A DNA stretch of 64,000 nt from IMG/VR virus record IMGVR_UViG_2919155634_000002, positions 4,411 through 68,410 of that record, one strand, 5' to 3'. The DNA is from a virus. Each line of letters starts with the position of its first letter. Within the stretch, counting starts at the first letter, position 1. Under the pieces are notes generated by a model. The model saw only the letters and a program-made list of their open reading frames with translations, ran no database searches and was not told where the DNA came from. The position numbers and the translations under genes are program-made. Positions 27,158 through 36,240 of this stretch are shown one piece after another.

Positions 27158-28447
27158 ATGACCACCAAGCACATCATCATCACTGACGCCGAGATCCGTA
27201 AGCAGGCCGGCCAGCCAGTGCGCCAGTTGCGTGACCCGCGTTACCCCGAACTGCGCTTTCGCTATTCGAGCGTGGATCGCACCCGGGGCGCCTGGCACGT
27301 TGTTGTCAGGGGCAAGTGGGGCAAGGCCGGCGATTTCCCCAGCCTGACCACCAAGGCCATGATAACTGCGCTGCCGGCCATCCTGGCCCGCCGTGCCGTA
27401 GACGCCGAGGCTACCTCGCTGACCAGCACCTGGAGTCGTACCGGTGAGCTGCTGGACTGGTACCTGGACCGCATGCTGCGCGACCGCAACTTGTCGGAGA
27501 AGCGCAAGGCCGGCGCGAAGTCGGCCATCACCTGCCACCTGACGCCCCGGCTGCATGACCTGCCGCTGGCTGATGTGAGCAAAGCCACGCTCGATCAACG
27601 CCTAATGTGGCCACTGCAGGAGCGCTACGCCTTATCGTTCGTGCGGCTGGTGTTCAACGTGCTGGCGGTGGCCGTGCGCAAGGCACACCGGCTTGGGATG
27701 ATCGAGCACAACCCCATGGGCTCGCTGCGCTTCGGGGACTTCGTGGCGGTACGGATCAAGCCTAAATCGTCACGGCTACGGGAGCGGGATTTACCCGATC
27801 TGCTGGCCAAGCTGGCGAGCTGGAGCGAGGCGCGGCCCGGTGACGCCCTGTTGGCGCTGATGATGCTTTGCCACGGCACCCGCCTGGGCGAGACGCGCAG
27901 TGCGCTGTGGCGCAATGTCGATCTGCAGGCCGGCCAGTGGTTCATACCCGCCGACGACACCAAGACCAAGCAGAACCACACCCTGCCGCTGACCCGCCAG
28001 GCCTGTGCACTGCTGAGCCGCTATCAGGCCCAGCAGATCGCCCAAGGCTACCAAGGTGCCTACCTGTTCCCATCCAGCCGGCGCGGGCCACTGGGTGCCA
28101 CGGCAGCCAGCCAAGTGTTTGCCGAATTGAGCGACCGGCAGTGGACCAGCCACGACGTGCGCAAGGTCGCCCGCACCTGCTGGATGGATCTGGGTGTTGA
28201 TTACCTGGTGGGCGAGATGCTGGTGAACCACGCCCTGCGCAACATGGACGCGACCTACATCCACACCACCGCCGAAGCCCTCAAGCGCCAAGCCCTGGAA
28301 CGCTGGCACGACCAGTTAGACCGACTCGGGTTGAACGCACTTACAGGCGAGACATACCCAAGACACGAAGTTTCGCAAAAACAGCCACAAGCCACAGACC
28401 ACGCGGCCTCTGGCGAAAACCCGGATGCATCACAGAGGAGCATGTAA
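27158..28447 (+). CDS. Second tyrosine recombinase, paralog of helper 15199-16497
   Basis: Shared LRDPRYP, HGTR(I/L)GETR, WFIPA, WTSHD(L/V)RKV, GEML(L/V)NH, TYIHT motifs. Confidence 0.88.
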   Translation: MTTKHIIITDAEIRKQAGQPVRQLRDPRYPELRFRYSSVDRTRGAWHVVVRGKWGKAGDFPSLTTKAMITALPAILARRAVDAEATSLTSTWSRTGELLDWYLDRMLRDRNLSEKRKAGAKSAITCHLTPRLHDLPLADVSKATLDQRLMWPLQERYALSFVRLVFNVLAVAVRKAHRLGMIEHNPMGSLRFGDFVAVRIKPKSSRLRERDLPDLLAKLASWSEARPGDALLALMMLCHGTRLGETRSALWRNVDLQAGQWFIPADDTKTKQNHTLPLTRQACALLSRYQAQQIAQGYQGAYLFPSSRRGPLGATAASQVFAELSDRQWTSHDVRKVARTCWMDLGVDYLVGEMLVNHALRNMDATYIHTTAEALKRQALERWHDQLDRLGLNALTGETYPRHEVSQKQPQATDHAASGENPDASQRSM

Positions 28448-28450
28448 ATC

Positions 28451-28681
28451 ATGGTCGACGTTGAGCAGGACGTTACCCAGCGCTTGGCCCAGGCCGGCGT
28501 CACACCGCTAATCGGTGGCCTGGTGCCAGAGCCAGCAACGGCGGACCTGCTGGGTTATGCACCCAGCTACTTGCGCCGCCTGGCTGCTGAGGGGCGTTCA
28601 CCCCTGCCGTTCGTGCGCCGGGGCAACCGCAGGTTCTACAAAATAGCCGACATAGTGCGCTTTGCGACGGATACCGACTGA
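28451..28681 (+). CDS. Small winged-HTH (excisionase/MerR-like) DNA-binding protein
   Basis: TADLLGYAPSYLRRL...RRGNRRFYKIADI. Confidence 0.75.
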   Translation: MVDVEQDVTQRLAQAGVTPLIGGLVPEPATADLLGYAPSYLRRLAAEGRSPLPFVRRGNRRFYKIADIVRFATDTD

Positions 28682-28762
28682 GGACGTCGAAGTTAACCGC
28701 TGACCGGGGGGTGCGTGCGCGCATAGGGTAGACGGCATCGTTTACACACCCCGGAGAACCCC

Positions 28763-29929
28763 ATGCCAGATCCCTATCAGCAGGACATGACCCAGCTGAA
28801 TCAAACGCTGCAGAACATCGGTACGCAGATCGCTGACTTCAAATCCTCCTCTGCAGAGAAACAAACCGAGTTCGGCGCCCGCCTTCAAGAAATCGAGCAG
28901 AAGATGGTGAATGTCAGCGCCCGTCGAGGCGCGAATGATGACACCGCCGACTCCAATGTCGTGACCGCCCAGGTAGTGGCCGCTGATGGTATCGCCGGTT
29001 TCCGCAACGGGATGAAGTCCACCGGCCAGATCAGTTGCAAGGTCGGCGTGCGTGCTGCGATCACCAATCCCAATAAAGGCGTCACTGGCTCGACCAGCTA
29101 CCCAACTGCCCCGCAACGTGATGGCGCCGGCATCCGCGGCATTCCGCAGCCACGGCTGAGCTTGCTGGATGTGCTGCCGATCGTGCCGGTCACCAGCGCT
29201 ACTTACGAGTTCGTTCGCCTCGACGGCTACATCAACGGCGCGGCCTACCAGAAAGAAGAAGGTGAGCAGAAGGCCGAAGGGTCGATGCCGACCAAGATGG
29301 AGCGAGCGGAGATTGCCACCATCGCCACCTGGATTCCGGCGAGCCTCCAGGTGTTGCAGGACAGTGACCAGCTTGAGGGGCAGATCAACACGCTGATGAG
29401 CGTGGGGGTTCGCCAGAAGCTGGAGGCCGAGCTCATCAACGGCGAAGGTGGACCAGGTGAGATCCTCGGATTCAAGAAGCAGGCCACCGCCGCCGGCATC
29501 ACCACCGGCAAGCCAGCTGATCGCATCGGCGCTGCCCTCACTGACCTCAAGGCCGAAGGTTGGAACCCGAACGTTATCGTGATGAACCCGCGTGACTGGT
29601 TCGCCATCGAGAGCGAGCGCGCCGAGGGCGGCGACGGTCAGTACGTTATCGGCACACCACGCGATCCAGCACCACCAAGCCTGTGGGGCACACCCGTGGT
29701 GGTCACCAACGGTATGCCACAAGGCGAAGCGTTGATCCTGGACACCTCTGTGGCAGCCCTGCTGGATCGGCAGGAGGTGACCGTGGAAGCAAGCCGTCAC
29801 GATGGCGACAACTTCAAACGCAACCTGGTCACCATTCTGGCGGAGCTGCGTGCCGGCCTGGCCGTCTTCGCGCCAAGCGCTACCCGCCTGGTAACGCTCG
29901 GTACCGTCCAGGCCAAGTCGTCCAAGTAA
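28763..29929 (+). CDS. Satellite-encoded HK97-family major capsid protein
   Basis: N-terminal coiled-coil delta domain; RLSLLDVLP, IATWIPAS, IVMNPRDW, LWGTPVVVT, FKRNLVTILAELR motifs. Confidence 0.92.
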   Translation: MPDPYQQDMTQLNQTLQNIGTQIADFKSSSAEKQTEFGARLQEIEQKMVNVSARRGANDDTADSNVVTAQVVAADGIAGFRNGMKSTGQISCKVGVRAAITNPNKGVTGSTSYPTAPQRDGAGIRGIPQPRLSLLDVLPIVPVTSATYEFVRLDGYINGAAYQKEEGEQKAEGSMPTKMERAEIATIATWIPASLQVLQDSDQLEGQINTLMSVGVRQKLEAELINGEGGPGEILGFKKQATAAGITTGKPADRIGAALTDLKAEGWNPNVIVMNPRDWFAIESERAEGGDGQYVIGTPRDPAPPSLWGTPVVVTNGMPQGEALILDTSVAALLDRQEVTVEASRHDGDNFKRNLVTILAELRAGLAVFAPSATRLVTLGTVQAKSSK

Positions 29930-30059
29930 TGCTTGGCGTGGGTCAGCTGCGAGTGCCACGGACCCAATAACCGCAGCAGTCGGAGCCCCATTTCATCCTT
30001 TCAAGGTGATCCGACACTGGCCCGCCATGCGGGCCTTTCTATTCACTCTGGAGAAGATC

Positions 30060-30257
30060 ATGCGCCATACCCACTTACCCAAGCCTGTTCAACGAGCCCT
30101 CAACCAAATCGCCCACAGTCGCGCCCTGTTGCGCCAGATGGAGGAGCGTGAGCGATTGAGCAAAGAGATCGATCGGCTGCTGGCCAGCGGCCTGAGCGCA
30201 GCAGAAGCGCTCGAGCAGATCCGATCGGCGCCGCCGTACGAAGCCCCGGACTACTGA
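30060..30257 (+). CDS. Small helical protein immediately upstream of the satellite cos
   Basis: GGAG RBS; MRHTHLPKPVQRALNQIAH... Confidence 0.7.
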   Translation: MRHTHLPKPVQRALNQIAHSRALLRQMEERERLSKEIDRLLASGLSAAEALEQIRSAPPYEAPDY

Positions 30258-30480
30258 GGGGCGGGTCGAAAGTCTAGGAGGTCCGCTGCCCTAGACCGCT
30301 CCCGACCCCACGTACAGATTTTTTTCCTTTAACAAAAAAATGTTAAAGCGACTTTAACACCCATGCCGAACGTGCATGAGCCTGGAAGCCAGTGATTCAG
30401 CGGCTTTGAGCCAAATTGAGACAGCCTGGCGGATGTTAAAAGTGTTAACCCTTTAACACCTAAAAGTTAATGCTTTAACA
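30257..30480 (+). other. Putative satellite cos site with TGTTAAA/TTTAACA repeats
   Basis: 37-bp identity to helper (30291-30327); six exact heptamers at 30328, 30341, 30353, 30434, 30452, 30474. Confidence 0.8.
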
Positions 30481-30578
30481 CCCTCTGGTAAGTGCAAAGA
30501 TCGCCAGCAGCCGGGTGTGTCTAGCTCGCCTGCCCTCGCTCTGTAATGACTAACTGCACAAATTTATGAGGTTATCCA

Positions 30579-30668
30579 ATGTTCAGTGCGATCACTTGCA
30601 CCCTCGTCGCCGAGATCTGCAAGGCCGGCTTCTGTTGTGAAACCTCCAATAATCGGAGTTGCCGATGA
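30579..30668 (+). CDS. Possible 29-aa Cys-rich leader peptide
   Basis: GAGG RBS; MFSAITCTLVAEICKAGFCCETSNNRSCR; ATGA overlap with the first gpI-like gene. Confidence 0.35.
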   Translation: MFSAITCTLVAEICKAGFCCETSNNRSCR

Positions 30669-31255
30669 AACGAAAGATCAAGCTCTACGGCGTGCTGCGC
30701 CAGCGTTTCGGCCGCCAATACATCCTCGATGTGCACACCCCGCGGGATGCCATCCAAGCGCTCTGCGAAATGGTTCCAGGCTTCGAGAAGTTCCTGCTCA
30801 CTGGGGAGGAGCGCGGCTTGGTGTTCACCGTCTTTTCCGGTAACCGGAATCTCTGCGCCGACGATCTGGATCTCAAGGGCGACGATGTGGGTGATATCCG
30901 AATAGCGCCGATCATCCAGGGCAGTAAGCAGGCAGGCGTGTTTCAGACGATCCTGGGCGCGGTTTTGATCGTCGTGGGCATCATGTACGACTGGACAGGA
31001 TCGACCTCGACCATGGGCGTGGCGATGATCGCCGGCGGTGCTGCTATGGCCGCCTCGGGCGTTGTACAGATGCTTTCACCTACGCCTAACACGGGCAGCC
31101 TGGACCGCAACGAGGACGGCAACAACCCCAGTTACGGATTCGGCGGTGCGGTGACCACCATCGCTCAGGGCAACCCCTATCCAGTGCTGTACGGCGAGCG
31201 AGAGATCGGTGGCGCCGTCGAATCTGGCGGCATCTACACACAAGATCAGCTGTAG
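30665..31255 (+). CDS. Tail assembly protein I (lambda gpI-like), copy A
   Basis: IKLYGVLRQRFGR ubiquitin-like N-terminus, IRIAPIIQGSK, Gly-rich hydrophobic stretch, SYGFGG...GNPYPVLYGEREIGG. Confidence 0.88.
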   Translation: MKRKIKLYGVLRQRFGRQYILDVHTPRDAIQALCEMVPGFEKFLLTGEERGLVFTVFSGNRNLCADDLDLKGDDVGDIRIAPIIQGSKQAGVFQTILGAVLIVVGIMYDWTGSTSTMGVAMIAGGAAMAASGVVQMLSPTPNTGSLDRNEDGNNPSYGFGGAVTTIAQGNPYPVLYGEREIGGAVESGGIYTQDQL

Positions 31256-31266
31256 AGGAGGCATAC

Positions 31267-31629
31267 ATGACCACCGAAATTTCGAAGTCATCCTTTCAGC
31301 AGCGATTCGCTCAAGCATGCAAATCGGAGCATTTCACTCTGCATGAGGGCGGCCCCTCTTATTCGCTTTGGAACGTCCAGCACGTAAAGGACGGTCGCCA
31401 CGCACTCCTTGACGGCGTTTTTTTCACAGAGGAGGAGGCGCAGATCTCCGCCGATCTTCTCCGAGGCACCATGCGTGGGGCGCGAGCATACAAGGTCATC
31501 TATGCCCCTACATGGAGGCCCGACCCGGCCCGAGAGGCCGTTATACGCCTTGAGGCGTTCCAGTGCCGCGAGATGCTTGCACGGCGCCTGGGCGTACAAC
31601 ATATAACCCGCGAACAGGAGAATTCCTGA
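31267..31629 (+). CDS. Hypothetical protein between the two gpI-like genes
   Basis: GAGGAGG RBS; TGATG coupling to the next gene. Confidence 0.7.
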   Translation: MTTEISKSSFQQRFAQACKSEHFTLHEGGPSYSLWNVQHVKDGRHALLDGVFFTEEEAQISADLLRGTMRGARAYKVIYAPTWRPDPAREAVIRLEAFQCREMLARRLGVQHITREQENS

Positions 31630-32243
31630 TGGCTGCAGTCGTTCGAAGCAATCCGACCCTGACCACCGTCTACCTGTCCGGCCCCCTGATCCGGAAGTTT
31701 TTCCGCAAGAAGGATTACCTGCTGGACAGCCAGAATACCTGGGAGGTGTTTCGAGCCTTGAAGGCAACGCTGGCAGGATTCGAGCAAGAGATTAAGCGCC
31801 TCGAGGCCATGGGCATGAGGTTTGCGATATTCCGCAATCGAAAGAATGTGGGAGAAGACGACTTCGAGCGCGGCGGCGCCACTGAGGTACGTATTGTTCC
31901 TGTGATTGGAGGCAGCAAGCGCGGTGGGGGCTTGCAAACAGTCCTAGGGGTAGTGCTCATCGCTCTCGCGTACTTCAACCCGTTTGGGTACTTCTCAGGG
32001 CCGGCTGTTAGCGCTATGTACGCCGCAGGCGCGGCGAACGTAGCTGGCGGCGTGATGCAGATGCTAAGCCCGCAGGCACGCGGCTTGTCGCAGAGCGGTG
32101 CACCGGAGAACCTGCCGTCCTACGCCTTCGGTAGCGCCAAGAACACCACCGCCAGCGGTAACCCCGTCCCGATCTGCATAGGTGACCGCCGCTGGGGCGG
32201 AGCTATCATCTCGGCATCGATCGAGGCGCAGGACAAGGCTTAA
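31629..32243 (+). CDS. Tail assembly protein I (lambda gpI-like), copy B
   Basis: TVYLSGPLIRKF, VRIVPVIGGSK, SYAFGSAKNT...GNPVPICIGDRRWGG. Confidence 0.88.
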   Translation: MAAVVRSNPTLTTVYLSGPLIRKFFRKKDYLLDSQNTWEVFRALKATLAGFEQEIKRLEAMGMRFAIFRNRKNVGEDDFERGGATEVRIVPVIGGSKRGGGLQTVLGVVLIALAYFNPFGYFSGPAVSAMYAAGAANVAGGVMQMLSPQARGLSQSGAPENLPSYAFGSAKNTTASGNPVPICIGDRRWGGAIISASIEAQDKA

Positions 32244-32669
32244 AGTGAGCCAGGGTCACTTTGAATACTCCAATTCCGGTATGTGGGGGTGTCCTCAGTA
32301 TTGAGGATACCCCGTTTTGCACTCCCGGCCTCATCTTACCAATCCCGGAGCATAGGAGTGTCTAGGAAAAAAAGAGCATGACTTACACAGAAAACATTGG
32401 CCAGAAAATCTCAACGATTGAATGGCGTCGAGTGGAGTTCATTATGAGTAACAAAGTCATCCGCCGGCGTCAGAGCAACAGGGCTGGACCTGCTGGATTG
32501 GCTTTATGGCGCGATAACGGCATCGGTGCCGTAACGGTCATTGGTGTACTCCATTTACGCTTGTCTACTGTAATAGGTGAGTGTCAGCTGAGATTGGATT
32601 GACCTCGTTTGGCCGAGCCGAAATAGAGGAAAGCGCTAGCGTAGGCGGTGATGCCTCACCGCCTTCAAG

Positions 32670-34298
32670 TCAAAGATTATATCGCCATGATTTACTCAAT
32701 CCTTTAATTCCCGGAAGATTTAGAAAAGGTGAGGGCGTACTGTCGTATATTACGTCATGCTTACCTATGCGCTTGGTTGTGTGCACAAGAACGCAGAGAT
32801 TTTTGGCTCTTGTTATGCCAACATAGTGTAGATTTAGATCTTGCTCCCAACTTTTATAGATCTTTTTGCTAGTGATGGGGTCGTTGCTTGGGAAGTTCAT
32901 TACATACTCGATAAGGTCGAGGTGGAGAACAATTTCAAATTCTAAACCCTTGGATTTATGGAGCGTCATGCATTGTACTTCGTTATGGCTTGCAGGCAGA
33001 TACTGCTGTAATTGCTCTTTATCTAGAATAACCTTTTTTAGTGCGGCAATCTCTTCAGGTTTAGCTTCTAAGCCAAGCAGTCTTTGTGAGGCAGTGACCA
33101 AGCTCGATTCTAAAAGGCAATCATCAATGGCTCGAAATTTTTTAATGATAGATCTTCTGTCGATTAATTGTCGTTTTTTCAAGTCACCATGATCGGGAAG
33201 TATTTCTAAGACCTCATCAACGGTGTGTGCAGGACTGTAGCGGTAAGTTAGGATCTGCCCCCAGAGCTCTGTCGTACGTGTCCCTAGTTCCTCAATAGCA
33301 TTATCAGTATGGATTCGCCTTGGGATAGTCAGCTTCTCAGCAAGATGCTTGAGTGTTGCGTTGCCCCTGGCCAGGATAGCGATTTGGGATGGTGGGATCG
33401 TGCTCCATTTTGCTAGCAGAGCTTCTATTAGCCTGTTGAGTTTGAACGCTCCTTCGCGTTGATCGCCTTCCATTTCACAGTGCCATACTCGAATGTCATT
33501 GTTTTCGAGGAGGATAAATCGATCATTGAAAAGTCTGTTTGCATAATTTGAAATGGACGGGTGACATCTATGGTTTCGAGCAATCGTTCGATGCGTGAAT
33601 TTTGGATTTCTAATCAGATCTTTGAGGTGTTCAGGGCTTGATCCTCTCCACCCAAATATCGATTGCTGCAGGTCACCGACTGCTATGCCGGTTATTCCCA
33701 GTGATTCCATGATCAAAAAAAGCGAGTGCTGTTCGTAAGAAGTGTCTTGATATTCATCCATATACACTGAGGTGTATCTGGCTTTGAGGAATTTTGAACA
33801 AGCGGCTGATTGCTTAATGATATAGTTAGCTAGGCTTGCTATTGCTGGAAAGTATAACGTTCCAGCTGCAAGGAGCTCTAAGAGTACATCGAGGTTCTGT
33901 CCCTCAGTGTAGCTCTCTTCTTCTATGAACTGGCAGGCAAGTTTTTTCTCAGCCTCAGTCAGGTCGGCAGGATATTTAGGAGTTAGGTCTACTGCTGAAC
34001 TAGCGAATACATGCCTAATGAACGGATGGATGATTTCACTCAGACAAAATGAATCTATCGTCCCAAAAAAGCTAGACTTTACATCAGTTGAATTTTTTTT
34101 GCATCTGTCAGCTAGTTCTCTGCTTGCCTTTCTGGTGAAGGTTATGGCTATGACACCCTGATGCTTCTTAAGAGTGTCTAGCTCAATTCTGATCTTCTCA
34201 CTCATAACTGCTGTTTTACCACTTCCAGGGCACGCAGTTATGATCAAGGAGCCTTGCGGCTTGATCGCATCTAACTGTTCGTTAGTGAACTCTATCAT
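32670..34298 (-). CDS. gajB: UvrD/Rep-like helicase, Gabija GajB
   Basis: ACPGSGKT, ITFTRKA, DEYQD, VGDLQQSIFGWRG, TLHKSKGLEF, YVGITRAK; coupled to the OLD nuclease. Confidence 0.83.
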   Translation of the reverse strand: MIEFTNEQLDAIKPQGSLIITACPGSGKTAVMSEKIRIELDTLKKHQGVIAITFTRKASRELADRCKKNSTDVKSSFFGTIDSFCLSEIIHPFIRHVFASSAVDLTPKYPADLTEAEKKLACQFIEEESYTEGQNLDVLLELLAAGTLYFPAIASLANYIIKQSAACSKFLKARYTSVYMDEYQDTSYEQHSLFLIMESLGITGIAVGDLQQSIFGWRGSSPEHLKDLIRNPKFTHRTIARNHRCHPSISNYANRLFNDRFILLENNDIRVWHCEMEGDQREGAFKLNRLIEALLAKWSTIPPSQIAILARGNATLKHLAEKLTIPRRIHTDNAIEELGTRTTELWGQILTYRYSPAHTVDEVLEILPDHGDLKKRQLIDRRSIIKKFRAIDDCLLESSLVTASQRLLGLEAKPEEIAALKKVILDKEQLQQYLPASHNEVQCMTLHKSKGLEFEIVLHLDLIEYVMNFPSNDPITSKKIYKSWEQDLNLHYVGITRAKNLCVLVHTTKRIGKHDVIYDSTPSPFLNLPGIKGLSKSWRYNL

Positions 34299-36007
34299 AC
34301 ACTACCCTCGGCTACTTCGCGGCTATGGATCAGCGGTTGAGCCAAGAAGCCGCCACCAATTTTACCTAGAGCCTGACTATGCTTGGCTAAAAAAGAGCGC
34401 ATGCGTATGGCTTTGCTGTTTTGTAGGTAGGTAATCGCTTCAGCTATTGTTGTCTTATTGCTAAAGATTAGGAGCTCAGGACTTAATTCGTCGCCCATAT
34501 CATTTTCGAGATCGATCTTAGATAAATACACGCCCTTAGGATTTAGGATATCACAAGCAGCCTTCCAATAACCGTCTCTATGAACGGTGCTATGATCAGA
34601 GTTTTCAGGAAGATGTGGTACAGGCGGCAAATTAACCAGATTGCGTCCTCTATTTATGCCTGCGAGTTGTTTGTATTTAACATTTTTAAGTTCAATGGAT
34701 GATACGTCGTTGTCTGTCTTGGCGATCCAGGATATTTCCATGGCATCTAAGATTTTTGTGTAAACTGAAAACTGTACACCGTCAACGCTAAGAATTGATA
34801 TGTTGTAATAGTCTAAATCTATTCCAAGTTGTTTGGATAACTCGTTATAGAACAAAACTTCTGATGGTCCTTCAACCAGTAGCACGCATTTGGCAAAGAA
34901 AGCCTCTGCAGGTAGGACGCTCATTCGATAGCCTAAGTTGTCCCAGTGCTCGGAGATACATTCTGAACAGCCTTGGCTTGCCGCGTAACTTCCGTGGTTG
35001 GACTTTTTGATGTGTACCAAGTCAGCGGGAGTAAAACGCGCGGTTATTTGGGGCGAGTGTGTGGTAATGATGGTTTGCCCGCTAAGATCCTCAATTAGAT
35101 AGTTTGCTAATCTACGTTGCTGGTGGGGGTGCAGGTGAGCTTCCGGTTCTTCGATGCAGTAAAAAACAACTTCACTCGCCGGATCGTGCTCGTACTGGCT
35201 ACGAGCCTTCCATAGTGCCATCAAAATCTGATTATTGCGACCATCCCCACCAAGTGAAATCTTGGCCCCTGCCGTGCTTGCGCTGAGCTTCAAGTTGTCA
35301 ATAAATTGCTGTGTTTGTATTGCACCCGAATCTAGGAATACAGAGTACCCGGTTAGGTCGTTGGAAAGCTTGCTGAGCTCTGTGTTTACTGCTGTTGTTG
35401 CATTTGCAACATAGTTTAGCTGGCGGACTTGCTCATTGATGATATTTAGATTGGTTTCGATTTTTTCGAGCTGTTTTTGATCGAATTCACCTTGTTCTGG
35501 TGTCCGCAATTCTTGCGAGAGTTTCAATAGATGTTTTTTTTCAAGTGATACAAATTTTTCTAGATCACGACTCGATTTTACATACTTAAGATTTAAATAC
35601 TTGAGATAGAACCTGCTGGATATTTCATTTAGTTGGTCGGCTTTAGGGCCGCATAAGATCCTATAGCTCAAGTCCTTTCTGAGGGCTTCATATCTAAGTA
35701 TGCATTTGCCATCCCCCGATACGTTGCCGCGGAGGATTGAAAGTACTGCATCCTGGCTTACCTCTCCGAAGTGAATGGTAATGCACAGGGCCTCACTTTG
35801 CTGGCCATCATTTGAAATATGAAAGTCGGACTCTTTTGGTTCGATTTCACTTTCGGATAAAGACTTATCTAGGAGCAACCTTAGCGCATAGATCAAGTTT
35901 GTCTTGCCGCAGTCGTTGCTTCCAATGACTAAGGTTTTTTGGTTGAAATTGACTATGGCATTCTTGTAATTTTTGTATCCGCTGACTTCTAGCTTGTCGA
36001 TTTTCAT
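34295..36007 (-). CDS. gajA: OLD-family ABC-ATPase/TOPRIM nuclease, Gabija GajA
   Basis: IGSNDCGKT, EEPEAHLHPHQQ, VEGPSE, KTDND; AT-rich. Confidence 0.85.
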   Translation of the reverse strand: MKIDKLEVSGYKNYKNAIVNFNQKTLVIGSNDCGKTNLIYALRLLLDKSLSESEIEPKESDFHISNDGQQSEALCITIHFGEVSQDAVLSILRGNVSGDGKCILRYEALRKDLSYRILCGPKADQLNEISSRFYLKYLNLKYVKSSRDLEKFVSLEKKHLLKLSQELRTPEQGEFDQKQLEKIETNLNIINEQVRQLNYVANATTAVNTELSKLSNDLTGYSVFLDSGAIQTQQFIDNLKLSASTAGAKISLGGDGRNNQILMALWKARSQYEHDPASEVVFYCIEEPEAHLHPHQQRRLANYLIEDLSGQTIITTHSPQITARFTPADLVHIKKSNHGSYAASQGCSECISEHWDNLGYRMSVLPAEAFFAKCVLLVEGPSEVLFYNELSKQLGIDLDYYNISILSVDGVQFSVYTKILDAMEISWIAKTDNDVSSIELKNVKYKQLAGINRGRNLVNLPPVPHLPENSDHSTVHRDGYWKAACDILNPKGVYLSKIDLENDMGDELSPELLIFSNKTTIAEAITYLQNSKAIRMRSFLAKHSQALGKIGGGFLAQPLIHSREVAEGSV

Positions 36008-36240
36008 CCGAAATACGTTCCATGTTTGTGTTTGATGCTCAGGGTGTCAGGTAGTCAACCAGGCGCGGAGGCCGGTTGCCTGTGTCCTGCCACGGAATCA
36101 CGCCGCAGCTCGTACACGTAGCATCGCCGTAGTGGCAGTTTGCTGCAAGCTGATCTAAGGGGTATCTCTGGGGGTACGCCGTTGGATACCACTCCCCGTA
36201 GCGTCCATTTCCCTTGCTTCTCTGGGGTCGATTGACATTT

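Noticed and set aside
32378-32602. 74-aa ORF between gpI copy B and gajB
   Set aside because: No recognisable motif and overlaps the likely termination zone of the convergent gajB; treated as spurious.
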